Virus record (IMG/VR): IMGVR_UViG_3300020426_000019
Location: 1 to 28,746 of that record
Direction: 5' to 3' (one strand)
Origin: a virus
Taxonomy: Duplodnaviria > Caudoviricetes
DNA: 28,746 nt
Below the pieces are notes generated by a model, which worked only from the letters and a program-made list of their open reading frames with translations, did not search any database and was not told where the DNA came from. Of this stretch, positions 18,881 to 26,755 are shown piece after piece. The position numbers were made by a program, and so were the translations under genes. Position 1 is the stretch's first letter. Each line of letters begins with the position of its first letter.

Positions 18881-20128
18881 TCAAGCCGCCGTGCGCAATT
18901 CTTGCGTAATTGAAGGGAGCATGATCATCGCCGCCGATCGGTCTATCGCAGTCACGCGATGTTCTCGGCCGCGAATCGCATGGGTATAAACCCGCGCCGT
19001 GATTTCGACATTAGCATGCCCCAGCAGCCGCGACACCTCAGCCAGCGTGGCTCCTGCATCTAGCCAAGCGCTACCAGCGAAATGCCGTAGGGCGTGAAAA
19101 TTTCGATTTCCGCGATCGGTCTTCGGAATGCCAGCTGCGCGCAGCAACTTATACCACTTATCATAAAAATCCTGAGAGCTCGGGTTGGTATTGAGACTGG
19201 TCCTGAAGATCAGGCCTCGCTCATTGGCGAGCATATACGGCTCCCACTCCCTCAGGGCCGCCATCACCGGATCAGGCATCGGGACGATACGGATACCCGA
19301 AACCGTCTTCGTCGGCCCCAAGTGGTCGTCCTCTGACAGGCTGGCATCGATCGTGATGGCCTTTGCCTCCCAGTCGATGCGGTCCGGCCGCAAACCCAGG
19401 ATCTCGCCTTTGCGCATGCCGCAGAAGGCCGCGAGGTAGACGACGGCGCGCAGGAAGGCTTGCGTGCGCTGTGTCGGCATCCTCCGCGAAGTATTTTCAA
19501 ACCATGCCTCGATTGCAGCGGTCACGCGCTGCATCTCTTCGATGGTGAATGTTTCGATAGGAGCCTTTGCAAGCAGGCCTATCTCCCGGCGAGCCTCACT
19601 GGCGGCGTTCCTGCCCACAAAGCCCCTCCGTGCCGCCCAAGCAAGGGCCGACGTCAGCCAGCCGAGCGAGTTATCAATCGTGCCATTGGCCATCTTCCTG
19701 CCAACCTTCGGCGTGTGGCCGGGGAACGCCCGGAAAACGACATTCGTGTCCCGCAGCCGGTCCACCTCCGAAGCGATCATCTGCCACGTCAGGTCCGTCA
19801 GTTTTACGTGGCCGATGTTCCGTGCGAAATGGTTTAGTCCGCGCGCGACATTTTTGATGCCAGCCTCCTTGCGTTCACCGCGTGCGGCGCGGGAGTATTG
19901 GGCAGCAATGTAGGCCTCCGCCAACTCGTTTAGCGTCAGAGTCTGGGCCGGTGCGATATGCGATCCAGCCTCCAACTCGTTCTCAACTTGGCGCCGGTAG
20001 TCGTCTGCGGCCTTTTTCCTGTCGAACTGCCGCGACCGATGCGCGCCAGCCTTGTCCTTGTAGCGAACGACCCACGCGGTTTTCGTCTCGCCCTTGTACG
20101 TCCATTCACGCTTGGCAACCGATGCCAT
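18881..20128 (-). CDS. int: Tyrosine recombinase/integrase (415 aa)
   Basis: GMRKGEILGL (R), PTKT (K), HALRH, LGHA and VYTH motifs; N-terminal arm-binding WVVRYKD...RSRQF. Start re-assigned to ATG 20128 after GGAGGA. Confidence 0.96.
   Translation of the reverse strand: MASVAKREWTYKGETKTAWVVRYKDKAGAHRSRQFDRKKAADDYRRQVENELEAGSHIAPAQTLTLNELAEAYIAAQYSRAARGERKEAGIKNVARGLNHFARNIGHVKLTDLTWQMIASEVDRLRDTNVVFRAFPGHTPKVGRKMANGTIDNSLGWLTSALAWAARRGFVGRNAASEARREIGLLAKAPIETFTIEEMQRVTAAIEAWFENTSRRMPTQRTQAFLRAVVYLAAFCGMRKGEILGLRPDRIDWEAKAITIDASLSEDDHLGPTKTVSGIRIVPMPDPVMAALREWEPYMLANERGLIFRTSLNTNPSSQDFYDKWYKLLRAAGIPKTDRGNRNFHALRHFAGSAWLDAGATLAEVSRLLGHANVEITARVYTHAIRGREHRVTAIDRSAAMIMLPSITQELRTAA
18892..18911. 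repeat. Tandem 9-bp direct repeat, candidate integrase arm-type sites
   Basis: TGCGCAATT (18892-18900) and TGCGTAATT (18903-18911), ~40 bp from the att core. Confidence 0.45.
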
Positions 20129-20146
20129 GATATTCCTCCATATGAG

Positions 20147-20173
20147 GCCCCGCCCAGCCGCGCCGGGCGGGGC
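20147..20173 (-). promoter_or_regulatory. GC-rich hairpin just upstream of the integrase RBS
   Basis: GCCCCGCCC-9nt-GGGCGGGGC, no U-tract. Confidence 0.5.
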
Positions 20174-20180
20174 AGGTGAG

Positions 20181-20375
20181 TTATTGGGCGTGGGCCATAT
20201 TTGCGAAGTTCTCGACCGATTCCGCGATGCGCTTGGCATGGGACACGATCCCGTAAAGCGCGTCCGTCGCGGGGCCGTCGAAGTTCGCCGCGACGATGGC
20301 CAAGCCAGTCGCCATATTGCTGATCTCCAGCGATAGATCGGCCAGCCGCTCCGCCTCCTTTTCGCTGACCGTCAT
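20181..20375 (-). CDS. Small helical hypothetical protein (64 aa)
   Basis: ATGA-coupled to the upstream gene. Confidence 0.7.
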   Translation of the reverse strand: MTVSEKEAERLADLSLEISNMATGLAIVAANFDGPATDALYGIVSHAKRIAESVENFANMAHAQ

Positions 20376-20662
20376 GCGCCATACCCTCGGTCAAGTTCGA
20401 TCTTCTGGAACAGGTCGATGCAGACGGCGACCTGTGCGCGCATGATGTTCAGCAGGGAACACATAGTGCCCCAGTCCTCCGCCTCTGACAGTGGCGGCAG
20501 CTTCTCGATGATCCCCATACGGCGCGCATCAAGATCGTTCTGGCGGATCGAACACATGGCCAGTTCGGTGGCGCTGATTAAAGCGTCGATGTGATCGGCG
20601 GCGATGCCGCCATTCATGGCCTTTTCTCTCAGGGTCATGCCTGGCTGGACTGCCTCAATCAT
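20372..20662 (-). CDS. Hypothetical protein (96 aa)
   Basis: GGGAGGG RBS before ATG 20662 (MIEAVQPG...); overlaps the upstream stop. Confidence 0.7.
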   Translation of the reverse strand: MIEAVQPGMTLREKAMNGGIAADHIDALISATELAMCSIRQNDLDARRMGIIEKLPPLSEAEDWGTMCSLLNIMRAQVAVCIDLFQKIELDRGYGA

Positions 20663-20840
20663 GGGCCTGCCCTCCCGTGTGGAGAATGGCCCCGGCCGCG
20701 CTGTCGCGTTCGCCGATCGACCAGATGGCCTCCCAGGCGCGCAGGTGCGCCGCGTTGGTCGGGTCAAAGGAGGGGACACCCGCGCGCAGCTTCAGGCTGG
20801 CGCGTGGCTCTCTGCTGGGCAGAGCTATCACGTTGTCCAT
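20655..20840 (-). CDS. Small protein (61 aa), positional analogue of P4 kil / P1 icd
   Basis: First ORF after the downstream antisense target; no sequence similarity recognised. Confidence 0.6.
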   Translation of the reverse strand: MDNVIALPSREPRASLKLRAGVPSFDPTNAAHLRAWEAIWSIGERDSAAGAILHTGGQAHD

Positions 20841-20848
20841 GGTTCGTT

Positions 20849-20870
20849 CTCACTGGTTTCGGCCTCTGAC
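20849..20870 (-). promoter_or_regulatory. Downstream antisense-RNA target overlapping the RBS region of the 61-aa ORF
   Basis: GTCAGAG...CCAGTGAG ends 8 nt before ATG 20840; complementary to the RNA loop and bulge. Confidence 0.75.
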
Positions 20871-20897
20871 AGCCTATTCCCCGTATCGGACGGGGCG

Positions 20898-20977
20898 CCG
20901 GGAGGGTCAGAGCCGGCCAGTGAGACCGGTGGAACGCTTTTACCTCGAAAGGCTATTGCATGGCGCCCCACTCCCGG
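20898..20977 (-). ncRNA. c4/CI-like antisense immunity RNA (~80 nt)
   Basis: Closing stem CCGGGAG/CTCCCGG; inner stem GTGGGGCGC/GCGTTCCAC capped by CCT-TTCG-AGG; CCGG stem presenting CTCACTGG; unpaired CTCTGAC. Both exposed segments are complementary to flanking direct repeats. Confidence 0.75.
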
Positions 20978-21061
20978 ACATAAAGGTCCGGTCAGCGATG
21001 GACGCCAATCCACGCTGTTACATTCGGCGATCATGCCCGCGCCAACGGGTCTGATCGCCTA

Positions 21062-21081
21062 TCACTGGTCCGGGCTCTGAC
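21062..21081 (-). promoter_or_regulatory. Upstream antisense-RNA target
   Basis: GTCAGAGC...CCAGTGA, a direct repeat of 20849-20870. Confidence 0.75.
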
Positions 21082-21091
21082 ACCCATTCCT

Positions 21092-21121
21092 ACAATAGAA
21101 CGATGATCCCCCGTCACGCAA
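21092..21121 (-). promoter_or_regulatory. Putative sigma70 promoter of the immunity/integrase operon
   Basis: TTGCGT-N18-TATTGT, 10 nt upstream of the first target. Confidence 0.55.
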
Positions 21122-21147
21122 GTGCCGGGCGCATCGTCGCGCCTGCG

Positions 21148-24100
21148 CTATTTGGCCACGCCCGCCACACTGACCGCTTGGCCGCCGCTCGCGCTGGTCA
21201 CGTCGTCCAGCTTCCGGGCCATCTTGCCCGCGTGCCCGGCCGTGGCGGCATGGCCTGAATTATTCTCGCTGCGCAGCTGCGCCACCTCTTCCCGGAGCGC
21301 CCGAAGTTCCGAAGCCAGATTGTCGTTCGACGCGGTCGCCGGCGCCGCCTGTGCCGTGGTCGCCGCCGCCGCCAACGTCACCGCCTCCGGCGTCCCTCCG
21401 GTCAGGATCGCGCCGGACGTGCCGCGCGCGGCGTCCACCACGGACGAACCGCCGGCGGCGCGCGCCGTTTCCTCCAGACTGGCTGCGATCATCGCCTTTA
21501 CACGATCGAGCTCCTGCCGGCTGGTCGCGCTAAGCTCCGCCGCTTCGATGAGCGATTGCGACAGTCCGACCAACTCGCGCGCTGCGTCCTGGTCGCCGCC
21601 CTTCGCCGCGGCGGTGGCGGCATTGAACTGGCTCATGATCGCCGCGAAGCTGCCCCCGTCGGTCGGATCGGTGATGCCCCGGATCCGGTTCACTTCGTCC
21701 ATGATCGTGTCGCCGACCGATGCCCAGGCGTCGCGCAGCTGCTGCGCCGCCGCCGCCGCGTCCGCTGCATCCTCCAGCGCCCATACCTGCTCCTGAAGCG
21801 GGCGCAGGCTGGCCTCCATCTGTTCCAGCTCGATCTGGCGCATGGCGACCGTCGATTCCAGCGTCTTGCCCTGAAGCTCCATGATCCGCGCCTCCAGCGT
21901 GCGCCGGTCGCGGCTCAGGCTTTCCGTCTCGGCATTGGCCTCCTTTAGCGCATCGATGCGCTTGAGGTCGTATAGCTGCTGAAGCTGGGCATATTCCTCC
22001 GCCGACGCGCCGGCCTGGTCGAAGGTCTTGCGCAGCTGCGCGAACTCCTTGTCGAGGGACTCGATCGCGAAGCCCACCGGATCGGTCATGCTCTTGAGCT
22101 CGGAAAACACGCCCTCGAATTGCAGGGCCTTCGCTAGCTGCGCCTCCACGTCTAGGCCACCCTGGATCAGCGTCTGCGTGGACGCCCGGAGCCCCAACAG
22201 CGCGCCATCGCTGATCGCGTCGGCGATCGCGAACTTGATAGCATCCTCTGCGCCGTCCGTTCCGAAATCCTTGATGTCGGTGCGGCTGGACCCGCCCTTG
22301 AGCTTGCCGGTGCGGCCGATGGTCGAAACCCGCCACTTGTCCTTATACTGGCCGATGGACACGTTATAGGCCCCGATGTCCGCGCCCAGCTGATCGGCGA
22401 TTGCCTGCAACCCGCCCTGGATCGAATCTGCCGCCAGGCTGGCGTTCGATCGATAGGCGGCCTTGTTGCCGGCCGTGGCGATGCTGGCGGCATCCTGACC
22501 GGTGACGACAGACGTTCCCCACTTCGCCTTGCTGAACAGGCCGCTCAGCGCCCCGCCCAGGACGCCGCCGACGATGGAGCCCAGCGGGCCGGCGAAGTCG
22601 CCCAGGCCGCCCAGCGCCTTCGACAGGAACTTCTCGCCGATCTTTTCGCCGACCGCGCCACCCGCGAAACTGGCGAGGTCGCTGTTCTGCGATCCCCATA
22701 GGGCGTTGCCAGCCAGCGAGCCCACGCCGCCCGCCGCGAAGGTCTTTTGCATGATCCGGGCGAAACTGCCGTCGCCGGACGTGCCGAATATGGCGTCCAG
22801 CTTGTCCGTCACCTCCTTCCACCCGTTCTTGCCCACGCCCATGGCGCTCAGGCCGTCCAGCAGCTTGCCGGCCGTCCCGGACAGTCCGCCGAAGTCGCCG
22901 GTCGCGAACCCGCCCAGGATGCCCGCCAGCGCGGCGGCAGGCCCGCCCATCGCCTGCAGGGCGGATAGCTGGCGCAGATAGGTGTCCAGCAGCTGCTGCG
23001 CGCCCATCTGCTGCGCTTCCTCCAGCTGCAGGCGCTCATTCGCCTGGTCGATCATCTTTTCGCCCAGCGTGATCTCCTGCTTGCCGAACTCAAGGTTCCG
23101 CTTCGCCGCGTCCGCCGCCATCGTCCAGACGTTGCCCTGGGCCGTCATCTTCATGTCGTTCAGCCACTGCGCCGTCTTGATAAGCTCCTTCAGCGCATCG
23201 TCTGCGGCCTTGGTCGACACCTTCGCCTTCTTCGTCTGGAGGATCAGGCCCCGATCGAGCGACGTGCCGACGCCATCAAGGATGCGCTGCGCGGATTCGT
23301 AGGTCTTGAGGTTTTCGCCTTCGACCGCGAAATTTGCGACGGCGGCAGCGGCCTCCGAAAATGCCTCTGCCGTCATGAGCCCGCCCTGCTGCAGGCTCTC
23401 CAGCGAGCGCAGCACGCTCTTGCTATCCGTGCCGCCCCCCAGGAACGAAGACATGAGGTCGCGGGTCGTCCAGCTGCCGTAGAGCGTCTTCTTGCTGCTG
23501 AACATGCCATAGAGCCCGTCGGTGAAGCCCAGCGTGCCCGCATCCTTGATCTGCGCCCGCGCCTCCGCCTGCCGCGTCTGCGCCTGGACGCGCGCGACCG
23601 CCAACTGCGCCTGCGCAAGCCCCATCATGGCGCTGCTCTGATTGATGACCTTCCCGGTGGTGAGGTCGAGCACATTGCCAAGAATGCCCTGCGCATCGCC
23701 CACGGCGCTGGAGGAAAACTTGACCTGATCGAGCGCGTCGGAGGTGTCCATGAGCTCCGCCGCGAAGCCAGCCGCCAAGGTGCCGGCCAGCGTGAGCGCT
23801 ATGCCCCACGGGCCGTTAAGGAACCGGCCGACCGAGCCCAGCTTGCCCTCAAACCCTGTGAGCGCGCCGGCCGCCTGGGGCGCCTGCATCGCGAAGGCGC
23901 GCAGCGCAGACGTTCCGCCCACAACCTGGACGGCGAAGTCCTGCACCTGGAAGCCGAGATTTTGCGTGGCCGCGCGCGCCGCGTTGGACGACTGGCTTAG
24001 GCTGCCATGGCCACGGGCGAGCATCATCTCAACGCGGGCCAGCTCTTCACCGCTCGCGCCGGCCGCCTGCATGACGCGTCGGGCTTCCGCGATTTCCTGA

Positions 24101-24684
24101 TTGAGCCTTTCCTGCGCGGCGGCGGCGGGATCGAGCATGGCGCGCAGCTGGGCAAGCGTCTGCGCATCGCGCGCGGCGGCCGTCTCCTGCTCACGCATGG
24201 CGAACGCACCCGCCTTCACGCGCTCTTCGAACATGCGATGGGCCTGCGCCGCGGCGCGGTTCGCTGCCGTCAGCTGATCGAGCTCGGCGATCTGTCCGCG
24301 CAGCCGGCCGGCCAGCTCGGGGAGATTGCTCTGCTCTGCGTTGAGGGCGGCGGTCTCGACCTTCAGGCGCTGTATCTCCGCGCGGGACATGCCGAAGGTC
24401 GAGATTTGCCGCTCCATCTGGCGTGAGAGGGACTCGCCCGCCTTTTCGACTTTGGCCAGGTCTAGCGCAGTCCTAGTTGCGGCGTGGCGGTAGCTGTCCA
24501 TCTGGATGACGGCGCCGCTCATGGTGACGTTTCCAGCCGCCTGTTCCAATTTTTGGAAGTCGCGCACAGCGTTTGCGGCGGTTTCGCCGATGATGTCATC
24601 CAGCCGCGCCAACTGACCGAACGAATCGCCGAAGCCGATGTCAAAGCCGACGCCAAGGGCGGGCTGTCCGTCATTGTCGTTCAT
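21148..24684 (-). CDS. Satellite-encoded tape measure protein (1178 aa)
   Basis: QNLGFQVQDFAVQ...AFAMQAPQ TMP motif; N-terminal ~130 aa and C-terminal ~250 aa clearly homologous to helper TMP. Confidence 0.93.
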   Translation of the reverse strand: MNDNDGQPALGVGFDIGFGDSFGQLARLDDIIGETAANAVRDFQKLEQAAGNVTMSGAVIQMDSYRHAATRTALDLAKVEKAGESLSRQMERQISTFGMSRAEIQRLKVETAALNAEQSNLPELAGRLRGQIAELDQLTAANRAAAQAHRMFEERVKAGAFAMREQETAAARDAQTLAQLRAMLDPAAAAQERLNQEIAEARRVMQAAGASGEELARVEMMLARGHGSLSQSSNAARAATQNLGFQVQDFAVQVVGGTSALRAFAMQAPQAAGALTGFEGKLGSVGRFLNGPWGIALTLAGTLAAGFAAELMDTSDALDQVKFSSSAVGDAQGILGNVLDLTTGKVINQSSAMMGLAQAQLAVARVQAQTRQAEARAQIKDAGTLGFTDGLYGMFSSKKTLYGSWTTRDLMSSFLGGGTDSKSVLRSLESLQQGGLMTAEAFSEAAAAVANFAVEGENLKTYESAQRILDGVGTSLDRGLILQTKKAKVSTKAADDALKELIKTAQWLNDMKMTAQGNVWTMAADAAKRNLEFGKQEITLGEKMIDQANERLQLEEAQQMGAQQLLDTYLRQLSALQAMGGPAAALAGILGGFATGDFGGLSGTAGKLLDGLSAMGVGKNGWKEVTDKLDAIFGTSGDGSFARIMQKTFAAGGVGSLAGNALWGSQNSDLASFAGGAVGEKIGEKFLSKALGGLGDFAGPLGSIVGGVLGGALSGLFSKAKWGTSVVTGQDAASIATAGNKAAYRSNASLAADSIQGGLQAIADQLGADIGAYNVSIGQYKDKWRVSTIGRTGKLKGGSSRTDIKDFGTDGAEDAIKFAIADAISDGALLGLRASTQTLIQGGLDVEAQLAKALQFEGVFSELKSMTDPVGFAIESLDKEFAQLRKTFDQAGASAEEYAQLQQLYDLKRIDALKEANAETESLSRDRRTLEARIMELQGKTLESTVAMRQIELEQMEASLRPLQEQVWALEDAADAAAAAQQLRDAWASVGDTIMDEVNRIRGITDPTDGGSFAAIMSQFNAATAAAKGGDQDAARELVGLSQSLIEAAELSATSRQELDRVKAMIAASLEETARAAGGSSVVDAARGTSGAILTGGTPEAVTLAAAATTAQAAPATASNDNLASELRALREEVAQLRSENNSGHAATAGHAGKMARKLDDVTSASGGQAVSVAGVAK

Positions 24685-24708
24685 GGGCGTGCTTTCGCTT
24701 GCAGGTAG

Positions 24709-24743
24709 TGGCCCCGGCCTCAGGGGGAGTTAGGCCGGGGCCA
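24709..24743 (-). terminator. Strong hairpin between satellite capsid and TMP genes
   Basis: Perfect 12-bp stem TGGCCCCGGCCT/AGGCCGGGGCCA with an 11-nt loop; no clear U-tract. Confidence 0.55.
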
Positions 24744-24782
24744 TGAGGGCGGCACGGGACACCTGCGCCCACCCTCAAGTTG

Positions 24783-25997
24783 TTATGCGACGTTGCCGAA
24801 GTCGCCGTAGATGAACGAATTCGGTCGCTTCTTGCCCAAGCCAATTCGCTTCTCAGCCCTTATCGTGAGCTTGTTGCGCACGAAATTGTCACGGTCCTGG
24901 TCGGAGATGCGCACTTCCGTCTGCATCCGGTCATAGTAGGCCGCGCCACGCTTGAACGGCCCAACAAGGAACTTGTCGATATTCATGGCCTTGGTCGGCA
25001 CAACAGGCTGGCCGAAGAGGGTGGCGCGGTTCTGGCCCTGCGGATTGGCGATGATATAGCCGCCCGCTGCATCCTTGGTCAGAAGGAGGCGCAGCCAGTC
25101 GGACGGGTGGATGACGATGCCGTCCGGCTCCACGTCGGTTAGGGCCGCCTGAAGGAGCGCAAGCCCGATCTGGTCAATCATCGTCTGGCCTGCCACGGTG
25201 AACGGGGCGGCATAGGCGGTAGCGCCAACAGCCAGCCCGGTCAGATGCTCGCCGGTGCCGTCGCCATAGATCAACTCGGCTTCTTCGTTCAAATCGAGGC
25301 CGTAGCGCAGTTCACCGTCGATCAGGCCCTCCAGCTGCGGCACGTCGTCAATGATCTGGCGGGACGCTTCGACCCAGTGCGCGATGGTCCTGATCTTGGT
25401 GTCCTTCAATTCCCACTTGTAGGACGATTCCGGCTTCAGCGCGCCTTCTGCGACAACCCCGGCCGCGTTCGTCCGCTCGGTCTGAACCGGCGTTTCAACG
25501 ACGCCGGTTTCCGTATTGATGATGGTCAGCAGATCCCGGACCACCAGCCGACGCTGCGGCATGGATACCACTTCATCGCGCTGCGGCACGATCAGGTCGC
25601 CAGCCGAGGCGCCGCTGTCGATTGCCTTCATCGCGCACCGCATTTCGCGCGGCCGGTCCTGCGCCTCCATGTCCACATAGGCTTTGAAGCGTTCGGAATC
25701 GGTGAACTGGCGGCCCCATGCCGTGGCCCCCGGATCGCCCAGCATCGAAACGGCCCCGCGCTGGCCTTGCGCCATCTTCTGCGACAGTTCGGTGATCTCG
25801 CTGCGCAATTCGCCCAAGCGCTCATCGGTGGACTTCTCGCCCTCCTTCACCTTTTCCAGCGCCTTGGTGACGGTGGCGATATGCTCATCCAGCACGTCCT
25901 CGACGCTCTTGGCGTTCTTCGTTTTGACGATCGGGATATCCAGATGGGCGCTGGCGCGCATGGCGGCGCGGAACTTCAACAGACGGTCGGTAAACAT
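24783..25997 (-). CDS. Satellite HK97-fold major capsid protein (404 aa)
   Basis: VAEGALKPES, TIAHWVEASRQ, YGDGTGEHL and EVRISDQDRDNFVRNKLTIRAEKR motifs; GGGAG RBS. Confidence 0.95.
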   Translation of the reverse strand: MFTDRLLKFRAAMRASAHLDIPIVKTKNAKSVEDVLDEHIATVTKALEKVKEGEKSTDERLGELRSEITELSQKMAQGQRGAVSMLGDPGATAWGRQFTDSERFKAYVDMEAQDRPREMRCAMKAIDSGASAGDLIVPQRDEVVSMPQRRLVVRDLLTIINTETGVVETPVQTERTNAAGVVAEGALKPESSYKWELKDTKIRTIAHWVEASRQIIDDVPQLEGLIDGELRYGLDLNEEAELIYGDGTGEHLTGLAVGATAYAAPFTVAGQTMIDQIGLALLQAALTDVEPDGIVIHPSDWLRLLLTKDAAGGYIIANPQGQNRATLFGQPVVPTKAMNIDKFLVGPFKRGAAYYDRMQTEVRISDQDRDNFVRNKLTIRAEKRIGLGKKRPNSFIYGDFGNVA

Positions 25998-25998
25998 G

Positions 25999-26616
25999 TT
26001 ATTTCACTCCCATGAGAGTTGCGATGTTTCGGGTGGATTGCGCCAGGCGCTCGGCGACCTGCGCCATAGCCTGATCGTCTTTTGCTTCGTCGGCGGCGCG
26101 AAAGGCGGCGGCGGCGGCGGCCTTGGCGCGGCGACCGGACAGGCCGATCTCCCGCAGGTGATCCTCAAGCTCGCGGACATTCGCCACGGACTTGACCTGC
26201 TCGACATAGGTGAGAGGGTTGGAGGGGATCGCGACCAACGAGATTTCCCATAGGTCGGCCTTTGTGATGACCTTGCCTCTGGCTTCGCGCTGGAGATAGC
26301 CGACCGACAGGCCGGTGAGGGCGCCAGCTTTCGCAAGCGCATACGCCTCTTGCCCGTCGGGCGCGCTCAGCGCCAACGTGCCGGATGCGTGAAGCCCTTT
26401 GCTGTTTTCCGCCAAGCTATCCCACTTCCCAACAGGGCGGGATTTATCGTGGTGCAGCAGCATGGCGACGGGCCGGGATCCGCGAAGGCTCTCGGTAAAT
26501 GCGCCGGGCGCGAACGTCTCGCCATGGCTGTCGACATTGCCATAGCCAGCCGCAAGGCCGGATATCTGACCCTCGGCCAGCTTCTTCAAATCTAGGGGGT
26601 GGTAAGCGTGTTCCAT
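25999..26616 (-). CDS. Satellite HK97-family prohead protease (205 aa)
   Basis: MLLHHD...PVGKW, GLSVGY and EISLVAIPSN motifs. Confidence 0.93.
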   Translation of the reverse strand: MEHAYHPLDLKKLAEGQISGLAAGYGNVDSHGETFAPGAFTESLRGSRPVAMLLHHDKSRPVGKWDSLAENSKGLHASGTLALSAPDGQEAYALAKAGALTGLSVGYLQREARGKVITKADLWEISLVAIPSNPLTYVEQVKSVANVRELEDHLREIGLSGRRAKAAAAAAFRAADEAKDDQAMAQVAERLAQSTRNIATLMGVK

Positions 26617-26755
26617 ATGCGCAGTCCGACAGCTCGCCCGAAGGCGTTTTCTAAGCCGTCGCCGGCGCGCATCTCACGCGGTAGGCGGGGTGTCGTCGCA
26701 CATCCCATGCGTTGACGCGCCAGCGATAGCAAGAACATGGCGGAAACGAAAGGCC

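Noticed and set aside
20898-20977. tRNA gene
   Set aside because: Multi-stem, but lacks D/T-loop consensus and an anticodon arm; the complementary flanking targets fit a c4/CI-type RNA
20828-21034. 68-aa ORF across the antisense RNA (Ash-like position)
   Set aside because: Sequence is explained by RNA structure and the RBS is weak; a regulatory leader peptide cannot be excluded
21148-25997. Assembly artefact or recent tandem duplication of helper genes
   Set aside because: Copies are diverged with many substitutions, a different TMP core and different gene order, and are bounded by an integrase and att
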